A stretch of 64,000 nucleotides of DNA from a bacterium (GTDB lineage Bacteria; UBA8248), in NCBI GenBank assembly GCA_965203325.1, contig OZ241875.1, positions 3,456,001-3,520,000 of the forward strand, in the 5' to 3' direction. Of the stretch, positions 53,711 to 62,875 are shown in pieces. The position numbers and the translations under genes were made by a program. The notes below the pieces were generated by a model. The model did no database searches. It was not told the DNA's origin and saw nothing but the letters and a program-made list of their open reading frames with translations. Each line of letters begins with the position of its first letter. The first letter of the stretch is position 1.

Positions 53711-56491
53711 CTAGCGAGCCGCTCCTTCCACCGTTACCCGAGGGCTGCTGAGAAGTATTTCCGTTCGACGATTTTTGGCGCGGCCCTCTTCGGTGTCGTT
53801 TTTCGCCACCGGGCGGTAAAATGAGTAGCCGGTCGCCGACATGCGCTCCGGCGATATGTTTTTCGATTCCAGGAACTTGACGATGGCGATAGCCCGCGCG
53901 GACGATAGTTCCCAATTCGAAGGATAACGTCTGAGCAGATTGCCTCTGATGGGCCGATTATCCGTATGTCCTTCTACCTGTATGATTTTGTCTTTTTGTT
54001 TTCCGAGAAATTCCGCAATCTTGGAGAGCGCCTCGCTTCCCTTTTCCCTGATCCTGGCGCTTCCCAGATCAAACAACAGATTGTTCACGAAGGTCACGCG
54101 GAGCAAGTCTTCGGTTCGTCGTAGCGTGATGGATTGTTCCTGTAGCTTGCTGTCCATCTCTTTCAGGTCTGATTCCAGCCTTTTGGCCCGTTCGGCTTCT
54201 TCACGTGCTCTTTTCTCCAGGACTTTAGAGCGTGCGATAGCCAGGGTGTGTTTCTTGATCGTTTCCGCCAGGCTCAGGTTTGTCTGATTCAGCTTGTTCC
54301 TGATGAGATCGGCCACGGAGGTTTTCTCCGCGATGAGTTGGCTCATCTCTTGAACCTGCGCCCGGAGGAGTTCCCTGGCTTTTCCGAGACGGTTTGCCTC
54401 TTCGGCCCGCTTTCTTGCGAGTTCGGCGTTTCGGGTCTTTGCTTTTTCCGCCTCCGTGCGCGTCTTGCGTTCAGTATCGAGAATTTTCCGGGTTTGTTCG
54501 AGCGCGAGTTCGAGGTTCTGGGTTTTGGTTCTTCCCTTTTCGATGGTGGCGTTTTTCTCCGAGATGAGTCGGCTCATCGCCTGAACCTGGGTATTGAGGA
54601 TTTCCCTGGTTTTCTCGAGGCGCTTCATCTCCGCGGCCCGGTTTTGCGCGAGTTCGGTTTTTTGCGCGGTTGATTTCTCGGCCTTGGCCGGCGCCTTGCG
54701 CTGACTGGCGACGCTGCGTTTTTTCGCCCTTGCCTGCTCGTCCTTGATGAGTTGCCCCATCTTTCGGGCCTGGGTCTCGAGAATCTTTCTGACTTGTTCG
54801 AGGCGCTTTATCTCTGCGGCCCGTTTTTGGGCGAGTTCGATGGTTTCTTTATTTGATTTTTCAACCTTCACCCTTATCTTGCGCTCGGTTTCGAGGGCCG
54901 CCTGGATTTGCTTGAGCGCGCGCTCGAGACTTTGGGTTTTTGATTTTTCCTGTTCGATGTCGGCGCTCTTCTTCGCGATGAGTTGACGCATGATTCCAAC
55001 TTGGGTCTCGAGGCGCTCTCTGGCTTTTTCGAGACGCTTTATCTCCGAGGCCCGTTCGCTGGCGAGTTTGATGTTCTGCTGACTTGCTTTTTCGGCCTTG
55101 GCGCGCATCTTGCGCTCGGCATCGAGGGCCGCCTGGATTTGCTTGAGCTCGAGTTCGAGTTTTTGAGTTTTTGCTTTTTCCTGCTCGATGTCCGCGCTTT
55201 TCATAGTGATGAGTTGGCGCATCCTGCGGACTTGCGTCTGGAGAAGCTCCCTGACTTTTTCGAGACGCTTCGTCTCCCGGGCGCGGGTGCTGGCGAGTTG
55301 GACGTTTTGCCGATTCGATTTTTCCATCTCGACCCGCATCTTGCGCTCGTTCTCGAGCGTGGTCTGGATTTGCCTGAGCGTGCGCTCGAGTTTTTGGGCC
55401 TTCGCTTTTTCCTGTTCGATGTCGGCGCTTTTCTCCGCGACGAGCTTGCTCATCTTTTGGGCTTGGGCCTCGAGTCCTTTTATCTCCTCGGTCCGCGCCT
55501 TACGCTCGTTTTCGAGAGTTGTCTCGATTTGCTTGAGCGTACGCTCGATATTTTGATTCTTCACCGCCCCTTTCTCGATGTCGGCGCTTTTCTCGGCGAT
55601 GAGTCGGCTCATCTTTTCAGCCTGGGTCACCAGGCGCTTTATTTCTTCGGCCCGGTTCCCGGCGAGTTGTCTGTTTTGTTGGTTTGCTTTTTCAACTTCG
55701 GCGCGCGTCTTGCGCTCGTTTTCGAGGGAGCCATGGATGATGTCGAGTGTGGCTTTGAGGTTTCGGATTTTGGCTTTTTCCTGCTTGATGCCGGTGTTTT
55801 TCTCCGCGATGAGCCGACTCATCTTTTCAGCCTGGGTCACCAGGCGCTTTACCTCTTCGGCCCGGTTCCCGGCGAGTTGTCTGTTTTGTTGGTTTGCTTT
55901 TTCAACTTCGGCGCGCGTCTTGCGCTCGTTTTCGAGGGAGCCATGGATGATGTCGAGTGTGGCTTTGAGGTTTCGGATTTTGGCTTTTTCCTGCTTGATG
56001 CCGGTGTTTTTCTCCGCGATGAGTCGGCTCATCTTTTCAGCCTGGGTCACCAGGCGCTTTATCTCTTCGGCCCGGTCCCCGGCGAGTTGTCTGTTTTGTT
56101 GATTCGCTTTTTCAACTTCGGCGCGCGTCTTGCGCTCGTTGTCGAGAGCGGTCTGGTTTTCTTGGAGAGCGTTTTCGAGGCTTTGAATTTTCGCTTGCCC
56201 TTGCTCGATAGCGGCGTTTTTCTCGGTGACGCGCCTGTCCAGCTCTTCCATTTGTGTCTTGGCGGAGGCGACCTCTTTTGCGAGCCGGGACTCCAGACTC
56301 TTCATCTTCTGGTCGATGTCTTTGAAGCCCTGGATGTCGCTTTTGAGCTTGGCGGAATTCTCTTTTTCTTTTGAGAGCTCAGCTTCTCTTTGCTGCAGCA
56401 GCTCTTTTGTCGATTGGGATTGCTGGGCGAAATATCCTGTCCCGCCGAGCAGAACGGCGATAATCGCCCCTATGGAGATGCGGAGCCCCAC
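53711..56491 (-). CDS. Membrane-anchored long coiled-coil protein with C-terminal OmpA/MotB-like peptidoglycan-binding domain
   Basis: N-terminal TM helix, repetitive K/E/Q/R-rich helices, then LFDLGSA, VEGHTDN, NWELSSARA, NRRTEI. Confidence 0.88.
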   Translation of the reverse strand: MGLRISIGAIIAVLLGGTGYFAQQSQSTKELLQQREAELSKEKENSAKLKSDIQGFKDIDQKMKSLESRLAKEVASAKTQMEELDRRVTEKNAAIEQGQAKIQSLENALQENQTALDNERKTRAEVEKANQQNRQLAGDRAEEIKRLVTQAEKMSRLIAEKNTGIKQEKAKIRNLKATLDIIHGSLENERKTRAEVEKANQQNRQLAGNRAEEVKRLVTQAEKMSRLIAEKNTGIKQEKAKIRNLKATLDIIHGSLENERKTRAEVEKANQQNRQLAGNRAEEIKRLVTQAEKMSRLIAEKSADIEKGAVKNQNIERTLKQIETTLENERKARTEEIKGLEAQAQKMSKLVAEKSADIEQEKAKAQKLERTLRQIQTTLENERKMRVEMEKSNRQNVQLASTRARETKRLEKVRELLQTQVRRMRQLITMKSADIEQEKAKTQKLELELKQIQAALDAERKMRAKAEKASQQNIKLASERASEIKRLEKARERLETQVGIMRQLIAKKSADIEQEKSKTQSLERALKQIQAALETERKIRVKVEKSNKETIELAQKRAAEIKRLEQVRKILETQARKMGQLIKDEQARAKKRSVASQRKAPAKAEKSTAQKTELAQNRAAEMKRLEKTREILNTQVQAMSRLISEKNATIEKGRTKTQNLELALEQTRKILDTERKTRTEAEKAKTRNAELARKRAEEANRLGKARELLRAQVQEMSQLIAEKTSVADLIRNKLNQTNLSLAETIKKHTLAIARSKVLEKRAREEAERAKRLESDLKEMDSKLQEQSITLRRTEDLLRVTFVNNLLFDLGSARIREKGSEALSKIAEFLGKQKDKIIQVEGHTDNRPIRGNLLRRYPSNWELSSARAIAIVKFLESKNISPERMSATGYSFYRPVAKNDTEEGRAKNRRTEILLSSPRVTVEGAAR
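55580..56150. repeat. Intragenic 210-bp near-identical tandem repeats
   Basis: CCTGGGTCACCAGGCGCTTT recurs at 55621, 55831 and 56041. Confidence 0.95.
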
Positions 56492-56602
56492 GGTTATTCT
56501 CCTGCAAGGGCGATGGTAGGTGTTACGTTTTTCATGATTCTAATTATATCACTCATTGTCGGGAAATTGGAAGAGACAAACCATAGTTGCGGTGTTATGA
56601 AA

Positions 56603-56632
56603 GCGAAGCCGGGGCTGAAGCCCCGGCTTCGC
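56603..56632 (-). terminator. Hairpin after the YccA-family gene
   Basis: GCGAAGCCGGGGC-TGAA-GCCCCGGCTTCGC; short T run on the minus strand. Confidence 0.65.
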
Positions 56633-56653
56633 GGATGGATAAGGTTGCCTTGC

Positions 56654-57364
56654 TCATTCGCGTGAAGCGCCCAGAAGCTGCGTGAGATAAATGAACATCA
56701 TGATGAAATCGAGGTAGAGTTCGAGCGCCGCCATGATGGAGGCGCGCCTGCCCGTTTCGTTGTCCGTGTCCTGGGTGTAGGCGTATTCCTTCATCTTCTG
56801 GGTGTCATAGGCCGTCAGTCCCGCAAAGATGAGAACGCCCAGAACGCTGATGGCGAAATGAACGGCGGAACTGCCCACGAAGATGTTGACGACGCTGGCG
56901 AGGATGATGCCGATGAGCCCCACCATGCAGAAGTTGCCCACACCGGATAAGTCTTTTTTCGTCACGAAGGCGAAGAGGGTCAATCCGCCGAACGCGCCGC
57001 CGGTGACGAAAAACGCCTGGGCCACGGAAGTGAGCGTGTAGCGCAGGAGCAGGGTGGAGACGGTGACGCCCAGTGTCGCGCTGTAGAGAATGAACAAAAG
57101 CGCGCCCGCTTGCCAGCCTTTGCTGCGCATCACCGGCCGGATGGAGAAAACCAGGGCGAGTTGAACGCCGATGACCAGAAATACCGAGATGGAGCTTCCA
57201 AAGATGAATTGGATGGCGGCGGGGCTGGATGCGACGTAGAACGCGCTGAAGCCCGTGACGAAGAGCCCCAGCGTCATCCAACCGTAGACGCGCTGCATGA
57301 ACGCGGCGGCGTCTTGTGCGATGACGCGTTGCCCGGTCGAGCGAGTGAAGTCTTGAGAGCGCAT
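56654..57364 (-). CDS. Bax inhibitor-1/YccA family membrane protein
   Basis: FMQRVYGWM, TKKDLS, AGLTAYDTQK, ALELYLDFI. Confidence 0.93.
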   Translation of the reverse strand: MRSQDFTRSTGQRVIAQDAAAFMQRVYGWMTLGLFVTGFSAFYVASSPAAIQFIFGSSISVFLVIGVQLALVFSIRPVMRSKGWQAGALLFILYSATLGVTVSTLLLRYTLTSVAQAFFVTGGAFGGLTLFAFVTKKDLSGVGNFCMVGLIGIILASVVNIFVGSSAVHFAISVLGVLIFAGLTAYDTQKMKEYAYTQDTDNETGRRASIMAALELYLDFIMMFIYLTQLLGASRE

Positions 57365-57581
57365 TGAAGTGTTCCTCCTGGATTGTCCAATCTTTTGGTA
57401 TCTTAGGCGAAGCGGCCAGAGTTTATTCGCGTATCAGTGAATTCATATCCCCTGAATTCAGGAATATCACCGTACACCCGCTAATATATCCCATTTGATG
57501 AATGTTTCAAGGCTTGAAATTGTGCTTTCTTGCTAAGGTGCCGCATTCAGCCCTGAAGAAACGTCCGTGCGGAAGCAGTGT

Positions 57582-57621
57582 TTGACTTGGATTGTAAGGC
57601 CCCATACAATTAGGCCCCATA
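57582..57621 (+). promoter_or_regulatory. MarR-unit promoter with overlapping operator candidate
   Basis: TTGACT-17 bp-TACAAT; inverted repeat ATTGTA-N8-TACAAT; AGGCCCCATA present twice. Confidence 0.65.
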
Positions 57622-57645
57622 GCATTTAATTTTCGGAGCAATTCC

Positions 57646-58188
57646 ATGTTCTACATGAAAGAACTGCCGAACGAGGAAGATTTCAGGCCACTCGTGCCGG
57701 AGTATTCCTCTCTGGATACTTCTTCCGTCATGCTGTTTTATCTTTTCCTGCAGGTCGGCAGTGATATGCTCACCGCCTTTGAAACGTATCTGGCCAATCA
57801 CGGCGTATCGCAGGGTAGATTCATCGTTCTGTTGCTGCTGCTGCGCTCGCAAATGAGAAACAACGGTTCGGGCTTAAGCCCCTCGGAGTTGGCCGGGCAA
57901 GCCGGCGTGACGCGCGCGACGATGACCGGCTTGATGAAGGGGCTTCAGCGCGACGGGCTCATCGAGCGTTTCAGCCACGATGGCGACAGGAGGAAAGTCA
58001 TCGTGCGCCTGACGCCCAAGGGAAAAGAGAGCCTGCACGCTATTTTCCCGGACTATTACTCCCGCATAGCGGACCTCATGAATGATCTGGAGGACGATGA
58101 ACGAGAGAAATTTTTCATGCTCCTCCATAAGGTGAAGAACAAAATGTATTCATCGAAACAGGCGCCGGCCGCCGGCGCTCGAGGATGA
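57646..58188 (+). CDS. MarR family transcriptional regulator
   Basis: SPSELA...GVTRATMTGL, DRR...V.LT..G. Confidence 0.93.
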   Translation: MFYMKELPNEEDFRPLVPEYSSLDTSSVMLFYLFLQVGSDMLTAFETYLANHGVSQGRFIVLLLLLRSQMRNNGSGLSPSELAGQAGVTRATMTGLMKGLQRDGLIERFSHDGDRRKVIVRLTPKGKESLHAIFPDYYSRIADLMNDLEDDEREKFFMLLHKVKNKMYSSKQAPAAGARG

Positions 58189-58221
58189 AGAAAACCTCTG
58201 TCGAGGAAGGAGAATAAGGCG

Positions 58222-59466
58222 ATGCCGAAACCCAAAGTGATCATTCAGCTATACCCCATGCTGCCGACGGAAAACCGGGAGGAGCGCGAGCAGAAGAGGC
58301 CCCTTGCCAGGGACAAGGATCTATACCATCACGTGCTTCACGAATGGATGGACATCGTGAAGGCCGCCGATGAGATGGGTGTCTGGGGCATCAGCACCAT
58401 TGAGCACCACCTGCATTCGGAGGGTTATGAAGTAGGGCCCAACCCGGGCGTTTTGAACGCTTGGTGGGCGAATCATGTCAAGAATGCGCGGGTGGGCGCG
58501 CTCGGTTACGTCATGGCGACCCAGGATCCGATTCGCGTGGCCGAGGAGACGGCCATCCTCGATCACATCACCAAGGGGAAGTTCTTCTGCGGCCTGGCGC
58601 GCGGATATCAGTCCAGATGGTCGAACGTCCTGGGGCAGTTCAGCGACACCCGGGCCACCGTCTCCGACGCCCTCGGCGGGGCCGACGACGTGAAGAACCG
58701 CGACATCTTCGAAGAGCGCGTCGAGATGCTCCTGAAATTCTGGCAGGAAGATTCGGTGGAAGTGAAGGGGAATTACTACGAGATTCCCTACCCGTATGAA
58801 GAGGGTATCGATTACCCGGCCTGGAAGAGCGCCCGCGACGCCGGCGCAATCGGCGAGATCGGCGACGACAATCGGGTGCGAAGGGTGAGCGTCGTTCCCA
58901 AACCCTATCAGGAGCCTTATCCGCCCGTGTTCCAGGCCGTGAGCGCGAGCCCCGATTCCATCAAATTCGCCGCAAGAAACGGTTTCCGGCCCGTGTATTT
59001 CACCAAACTGGAAAAGATGGAGGAATTCTCCCACCTCTACGTGGAAGAAGCGGCCAAGGCGGGCCACAACTTCGCGCATGGCGAGCGGCAATGCGTTTGC
59101 CGTTGGATCCACGTGACGGACACCGAAGAAGAGTACGACGAGAAGCTCAAGAACTACGATCAGGACATCTACCAGAACTTCTACGTTCCCTTCTTCCCGC
59201 AGTTCCCCGACGACACGGAGAGCATCGACTGGATTCAGAACATCAAGGAAAGCGGCATCTTCCTGGGTGGTCCGGTGGACAAGCTCAAGCAAGAATGGGA
59301 GGAAACGTACGAGAAAGTGCCTTCCGAGTTCATCACTCTCATCTGGCACTATGCGCAGTGCCCCAAGGAAGAGGTTATTTATGAGCTTGAGACGTTCATG
59401 ACGAAAGTCTGGCCCGACCTCGAGTGTCCGGTGTCGAACGGCGTCACGGTCGGCGGCGTCGCCTGA
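58222..59466 (+). CDS. LLM class (luciferase-like) flavin-dependent oxidoreductase
   Basis: EHH, DPIRVAEETAILDH.T.G, GLARGYQ, PKPYQ.P.PP. Confidence 0.9.
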   Translation: MPKPKVIIQLYPMLPTENREEREQKRPLARDKDLYHHVLHEWMDIVKAADEMGVWGISTIEHHLHSEGYEVGPNPGVLNAWWANHVKNARVGALGYVMATQDPIRVAEETAILDHITKGKFFCGLARGYQSRWSNVLGQFSDTRATVSDALGGADDVKNRDIFEERVEMLLKFWQEDSVEVKGNYYEIPYPYEEGIDYPAWKSARDAGAIGEIGDDNRVRRVSVVPKPYQEPYPPVFQAVSASPDSIKFAARNGFRPVYFTKLEKMEEFSHLYVEEAAKAGHNFAHGERQCVCRWIHVTDTEEEYDEKLKNYDQDIYQNFYVPFFPQFPDDTESIDWIQNIKESGIFLGGPVDKLKQEWEETYEKVPSEFITLIWHYAQCPKEEVIYELETFMTKVWPDLECPVSNGVTVGGVA

Positions 59467-59481
59467 TACTTGGTAGCGATG

Positions 59482-59510
59482 AAGCCCCCGCATTCACGTG
59501 CGGGGGTTTT
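59482..59510 (+). terminator. Hairpin between the LLM and cyclase genes
   Basis: AAGCCCCCGCA-TTCACG-TGCGGGGGTTTT. Confidence 0.6.
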
Positions 59511-59535
59511 GCATAACGTTTTTGAGGAGACGAGC

Positions 59536-60249
59536 ATGTACGAAATCATCGATCTGAGCCAGGAGATCTACACCGGCGCCCCCAGGTTTCCCGGGCACCC
59601 GGCGACGGAAATCGAATACGTCGCCCGGCACGAAGACGCGGCCAATGCGCCGATCAAGCCGAAAGACATCACGTATGCGGCCATGATGCTTCACATGTGC
59701 GATCACGGCCCGACGCATACCGATTCGGTCAGCCACATCGATGAGCGCGAAACGGCGCCCAATATCGATCAGGCGCCGCTCGAATGGTTCATCACACGGG
59801 CGGTTGCGCTCGATTTCACGGGCAAGGTGGGGCCGATGGAAGAAATTTCCCTGCAATTGTTACAGGACGAGCTTTCCGCGGCGAACCTCACACCCCCCAA
59901 AGACGGCACGCTCCTCTTCACGGGCGGGCATTTCAAGCGCACCTATCCGACGGATGATTACCTCACCACGTACCCGGGTCTGGGTTACGACGCCGCGAAT
60001 TTTCTTTATCGCGAATGCGGCGTGGTGAACATCGGCCAGGATGCGCCGAGCATCGACGCCGGCGTGAACACCACGGAGATGACGTTCCCCTGCCATGTGC
60101 TTTGCCGGGAACTTCAGCGCCACAACACGGAAAATCTCGCGAATGTGGAAGCGGTGGGGGGGAAGGAATTTCTCTATGTGGGGCTTCCGCTCAAGATTCG
60201 CGCAGGCACCGGCTCTCCCATACGGGCCGTCGCCGTCATGAACCTTTAA
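59536..60249 (+). CDS. Cyclase family (kynurenine formamidase-like) metal-dependent hydrolase
   Basis: IIDLS, variant HGPTHTDSVSH motif, G.DAPSID, ENL, PLKI..GTGSPIRAVA; RBS GAGGAG. Confidence 0.88.
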   Translation: MYEIIDLSQEIYTGAPRFPGHPATEIEYVARHEDAANAPIKPKDITYAAMMLHMCDHGPTHTDSVSHIDERETAPNIDQAPLEWFITRAVALDFTGKVGPMEEISLQLLQDELSAANLTPPKDGTLLFTGGHFKRTYPTDDYLTTYPGLGYDAANFLYRECGVVNIGQDAPSIDAGVNTTEMTFPCHVLCRELQRHNTENLANVEAVGGKEFLYVGLPLKIRAGTGSPIRAVAVMNL

Positions 60250-60372
60250 TAAAGCGGGGAAATCTTCGTCTTTCCCATGCGTTAGTCGGAGGCGGGCATT
60301 CCCCGAATCGCTTTGCCGCCGTCATGGTTTTCGGACTAGAGGGTTTCTCGTTTTGTGAGGAGATTTCAAGAC

Positions 60373-60723
60373 ATGCCCAGGACAGTGGATTGGTACTACC
60401 ATCGCTCCGGCTGAAAGACCTGCGCCAAAACGCAAGCGTTTCTTGCGGAAAATGGAATCGAGGTATCCGAGCAGGCCAGTTCCAGAAAAGACGTGGTGGA
60501 TGAGAACAACGTCGATTCGGTTCTGGACGGCGTGACGGACGTCTATTCGACCAGGAGCAGGAAGGTGATTCACCTGGATATCAAAAAAGCGAACCCTGCG
60601 CGCGAAGACGTGCTAGCCCTTTTGATGGGGCGCTCGGGCACGCTCAGGGCGCCGGTCATCAAACATCGCAGCGCCCTCATCGTCGGCTTCGACGCGGAAA
60701 CATATACAAAGGTTTTGACGTAA
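60373..60723 (+). CDS. ArsC-related thioredoxin-fold selenoprotein (UxxC), in-frame TGA at 60412-60414
   Basis: RBS GAGGAG; reads MPRTVDWYYHRSG-U-KTC, in frame with ORF 60493-60723 (GTLRAPV, IVGFD); SECIS-like hairpin at 60431-60447. Confidence 0.88.
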
Positions 60724-60739
60724 ATTTTCTCTGGGTGTT

Positions 60740-62194
60740 TCAGAGGGCCAACTGGCCCTCGGTGGGCTCCGCTCAGCAGAACCACGATTCGGTCAAACGG
60801 GGCGGGCGGATTCGGTCGGGCGCGAAGGCGGCCTTTGGCCGCGACTGATCGGGGCGTTCGAGAACCTCGGCCGCCAATTCGCGAATCCTCGCAAAAGTCA
60901 CGGCGGCGTCCTCCTGGCGAGTGGCAGCATCCTCCACGAGGGTGAGCGCCTCCTGGTGCAGCTTGTCCATCCTCTCATCCGGATGCTCCCAGCGGTAGAT
61001 GAAATTCTCGGCGTCGAGTTCGGTGATGTATCTCTTCATGTGGGGAGAGTCGAGTAAATGGGAACCCGGCGGCACCAGTACCCGGATGGCCATCTGTATG
61101 GGGTCGACCTCGTCGATCAAGGCGTATTCTTCAATGAAATCAAGCAAGTCGAAATAATCCTGCGCGCTCGTCCACGGCGTGAATGCGACCAGCGACGGCC
61201 GGATGGAAACGCGCGCCTTCCGGGCGGCTTTCACGACGCGGAAGACGTCCTCCCGGTTGTGCCCTTTCACCAGATGGCCAAGGACGAGGTCGCTTAAAGA
61301 TTCCACCGCGGTAATGATAAACGCGCATCCGTTATCTCTAAACTCAGGCAGAAGCTCCTCGTGCTTGATGAGGTGCTCCACCTTGGCCGTGAAGTCGAAG
61401 GTGAGAGCCGGAAACCGCTCGTGCAGGGCTCGGACGACCCGAAGCGCATGAGCGGGGCCGTTCAGGAAATCCGGGTCCGCAAAGGTGATGTGGCGCGCGC
61501 CTTGCGCCGCCAGGTCTTCGATGTCTTCCAGAACTTTGTCCTGCGGCACGACGAAGAAACGGCCCTCATAAACCGGCGGAATGGGGCAATGGAGGCACAA
61601 GTGCTTGCAGCCGCGGCTCGCCTCGACGGCGCCCGCAGGGTAGTGTTGCCCCTCCTTCACGAGATGGGCGTATGCCTGAAGCGCGGGCAATCCTTCCCGG
61701 TCGGGCTTGAGCAGGGGGATTTTTTTGAGATACGGGCCGGATGTTCGTTCTCTCGTGGCCGCCCCGGCTACTTCGATGTTCCCGGAGGCTTGGGACAGTT
61801 CTTGAACGAGCCTCACGAGCGGCAGCTCGAACTCACCACCGATCGCCGAATCCCCGCCGTTTTCAAGAAGATAGCCCTTGTTGAGCAGGCCGTAGAGGCC
61901 ATAGAAACAGATGTGGCACCCCGGGTTCGCCTCGCGTACTTTCGCCGCGACTTCCACGCCGAGTCTGAGCGCGGTGTGCATCGGTACACTGATGCCGACG
62001 AATTTCGCGTTTTCGATTTTTTGTGGGGAGAAATCTTCCGCCGCGATGTCCATCGCCCAGGGACGGAAGCCCGCTTCGCGCAAAAAAGCCAGAGGCGAGG
62101 CGACGGCCAGGGGCTGGTGACCCAACTCGTAGCAGGAGACGAGGACGACGGCGCCGGGCGCTCGCCAATCCGAAGCCTTGTCGTTAGAGTTCAC
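60740..62194 (-). CDS. CUAEP-tail radical SAM selenoprotein, in-frame TGA at 60773-60775
   Basis: CxxxCxxC (GCKHLCLHC), B12-binding-like N-terminal domain; readthrough gives ESWFC-U-AEPTEGQLAL*; hairpin at 60743-60760; start approximate (GTG 62194). Confidence 0.9.
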
Positions 62195-62216
62195 GGCGAA
62201 ATCTCTCGTCCGGCAC

Positions 62217-62248
62217 AAAAAAAGCCCCGGGCGCGTGATGCCCGGGGC
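62217..62248 (-). terminator. Rho-independent terminator after the IscA/ErpA gene
   Basis: Minus strand GCCCCGGGC...GCCCGGGGC followed by T7. Confidence 0.8.
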
Positions 62249-62266
62249 ACGTAAAGCATTGTTTTA

Positions 62267-62650
62267 TCACGTAGTGAACGATTTTCCGCAGCCGCACATG
62301 CCCATGGCGTTGGGGTTGTTGATCTTGAAGCCCGAGCCCTGGAGGCTGTCGATGAAGTCGATTTCCGTGCCCGCGATGACGGGATAACTCTGGGGGTCCA
62401 CGAACACGTCGAAGCTTTCGGCGGAGAACACTTTATCCTCGGGGTTGGCGGATTCCTCAAAATATAGGCCGTAGTTGTAACCCGAGCAGCCGCCGGCGGT
62501 GACGGCCAGCCTGAGGCCGTGGCCACTCTTGCCTTCCGCCTCGAGAATCTCGCTCACCTTCTTGTTGGCGAGCGGCGTAACTGTAATGCCTTCAAGGGCT
62601 TGGGGTTTCTTTTGGGATTGATCGAACAGCGTGACCGTTCCATCCGACAT
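62267..62650 (-). CDS. A-type Fe-S carrier (IscA/ErpA/HesB family)
   Basis: GGCSG, GFKINNPNA, CGCGKSF. Confidence 0.95.
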   Translation of the reverse strand: MSDGTVTLFDQSQKKPQALEGITVTPLANKKVSEILEAEGKSGHGLRLAVTAGGCSGYNYGLYFEESANPEDKVFSAESFDVFVDPQSYPVIAGTEIDFIDSLQGSGFKINNPNAMGMCGCGKSFTT

Positions 62651-62875
62651 CGGTTGTTTCTCCTTGACCTTGATAAGGGCTGTTGAGATTTATCAACTTA
62701 TCGTTATGACCACATACCAAATATACCTCATTTCGCCTTTTTTGCAAAGGCTTGTTCCCGATATATCCTTGAAATACAGGCTTGTTCAAGGATGAAGGCG
62801 CTTGGTCTTTCCAGAGTGGGCAGGGAAACCCCCTGGCGCATATCGAAAAATTATACATAACATGCCTTATAAAAC

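Noticed and set aside
55580..56150. CRISPR array
   Set aside because: The repeats are 210-bp in-frame coding duplications without unique spacers, and no cas genes are present
52378..60723. Genomic island integrated at tRNA-Leu
   Set aside because: No integrase and no duplicated tRNA 3' end found in the window
62267..62650. HesB-like selenoprotein
   Set aside because: All conserved positions are encoded as Cys; no in-frame TGA
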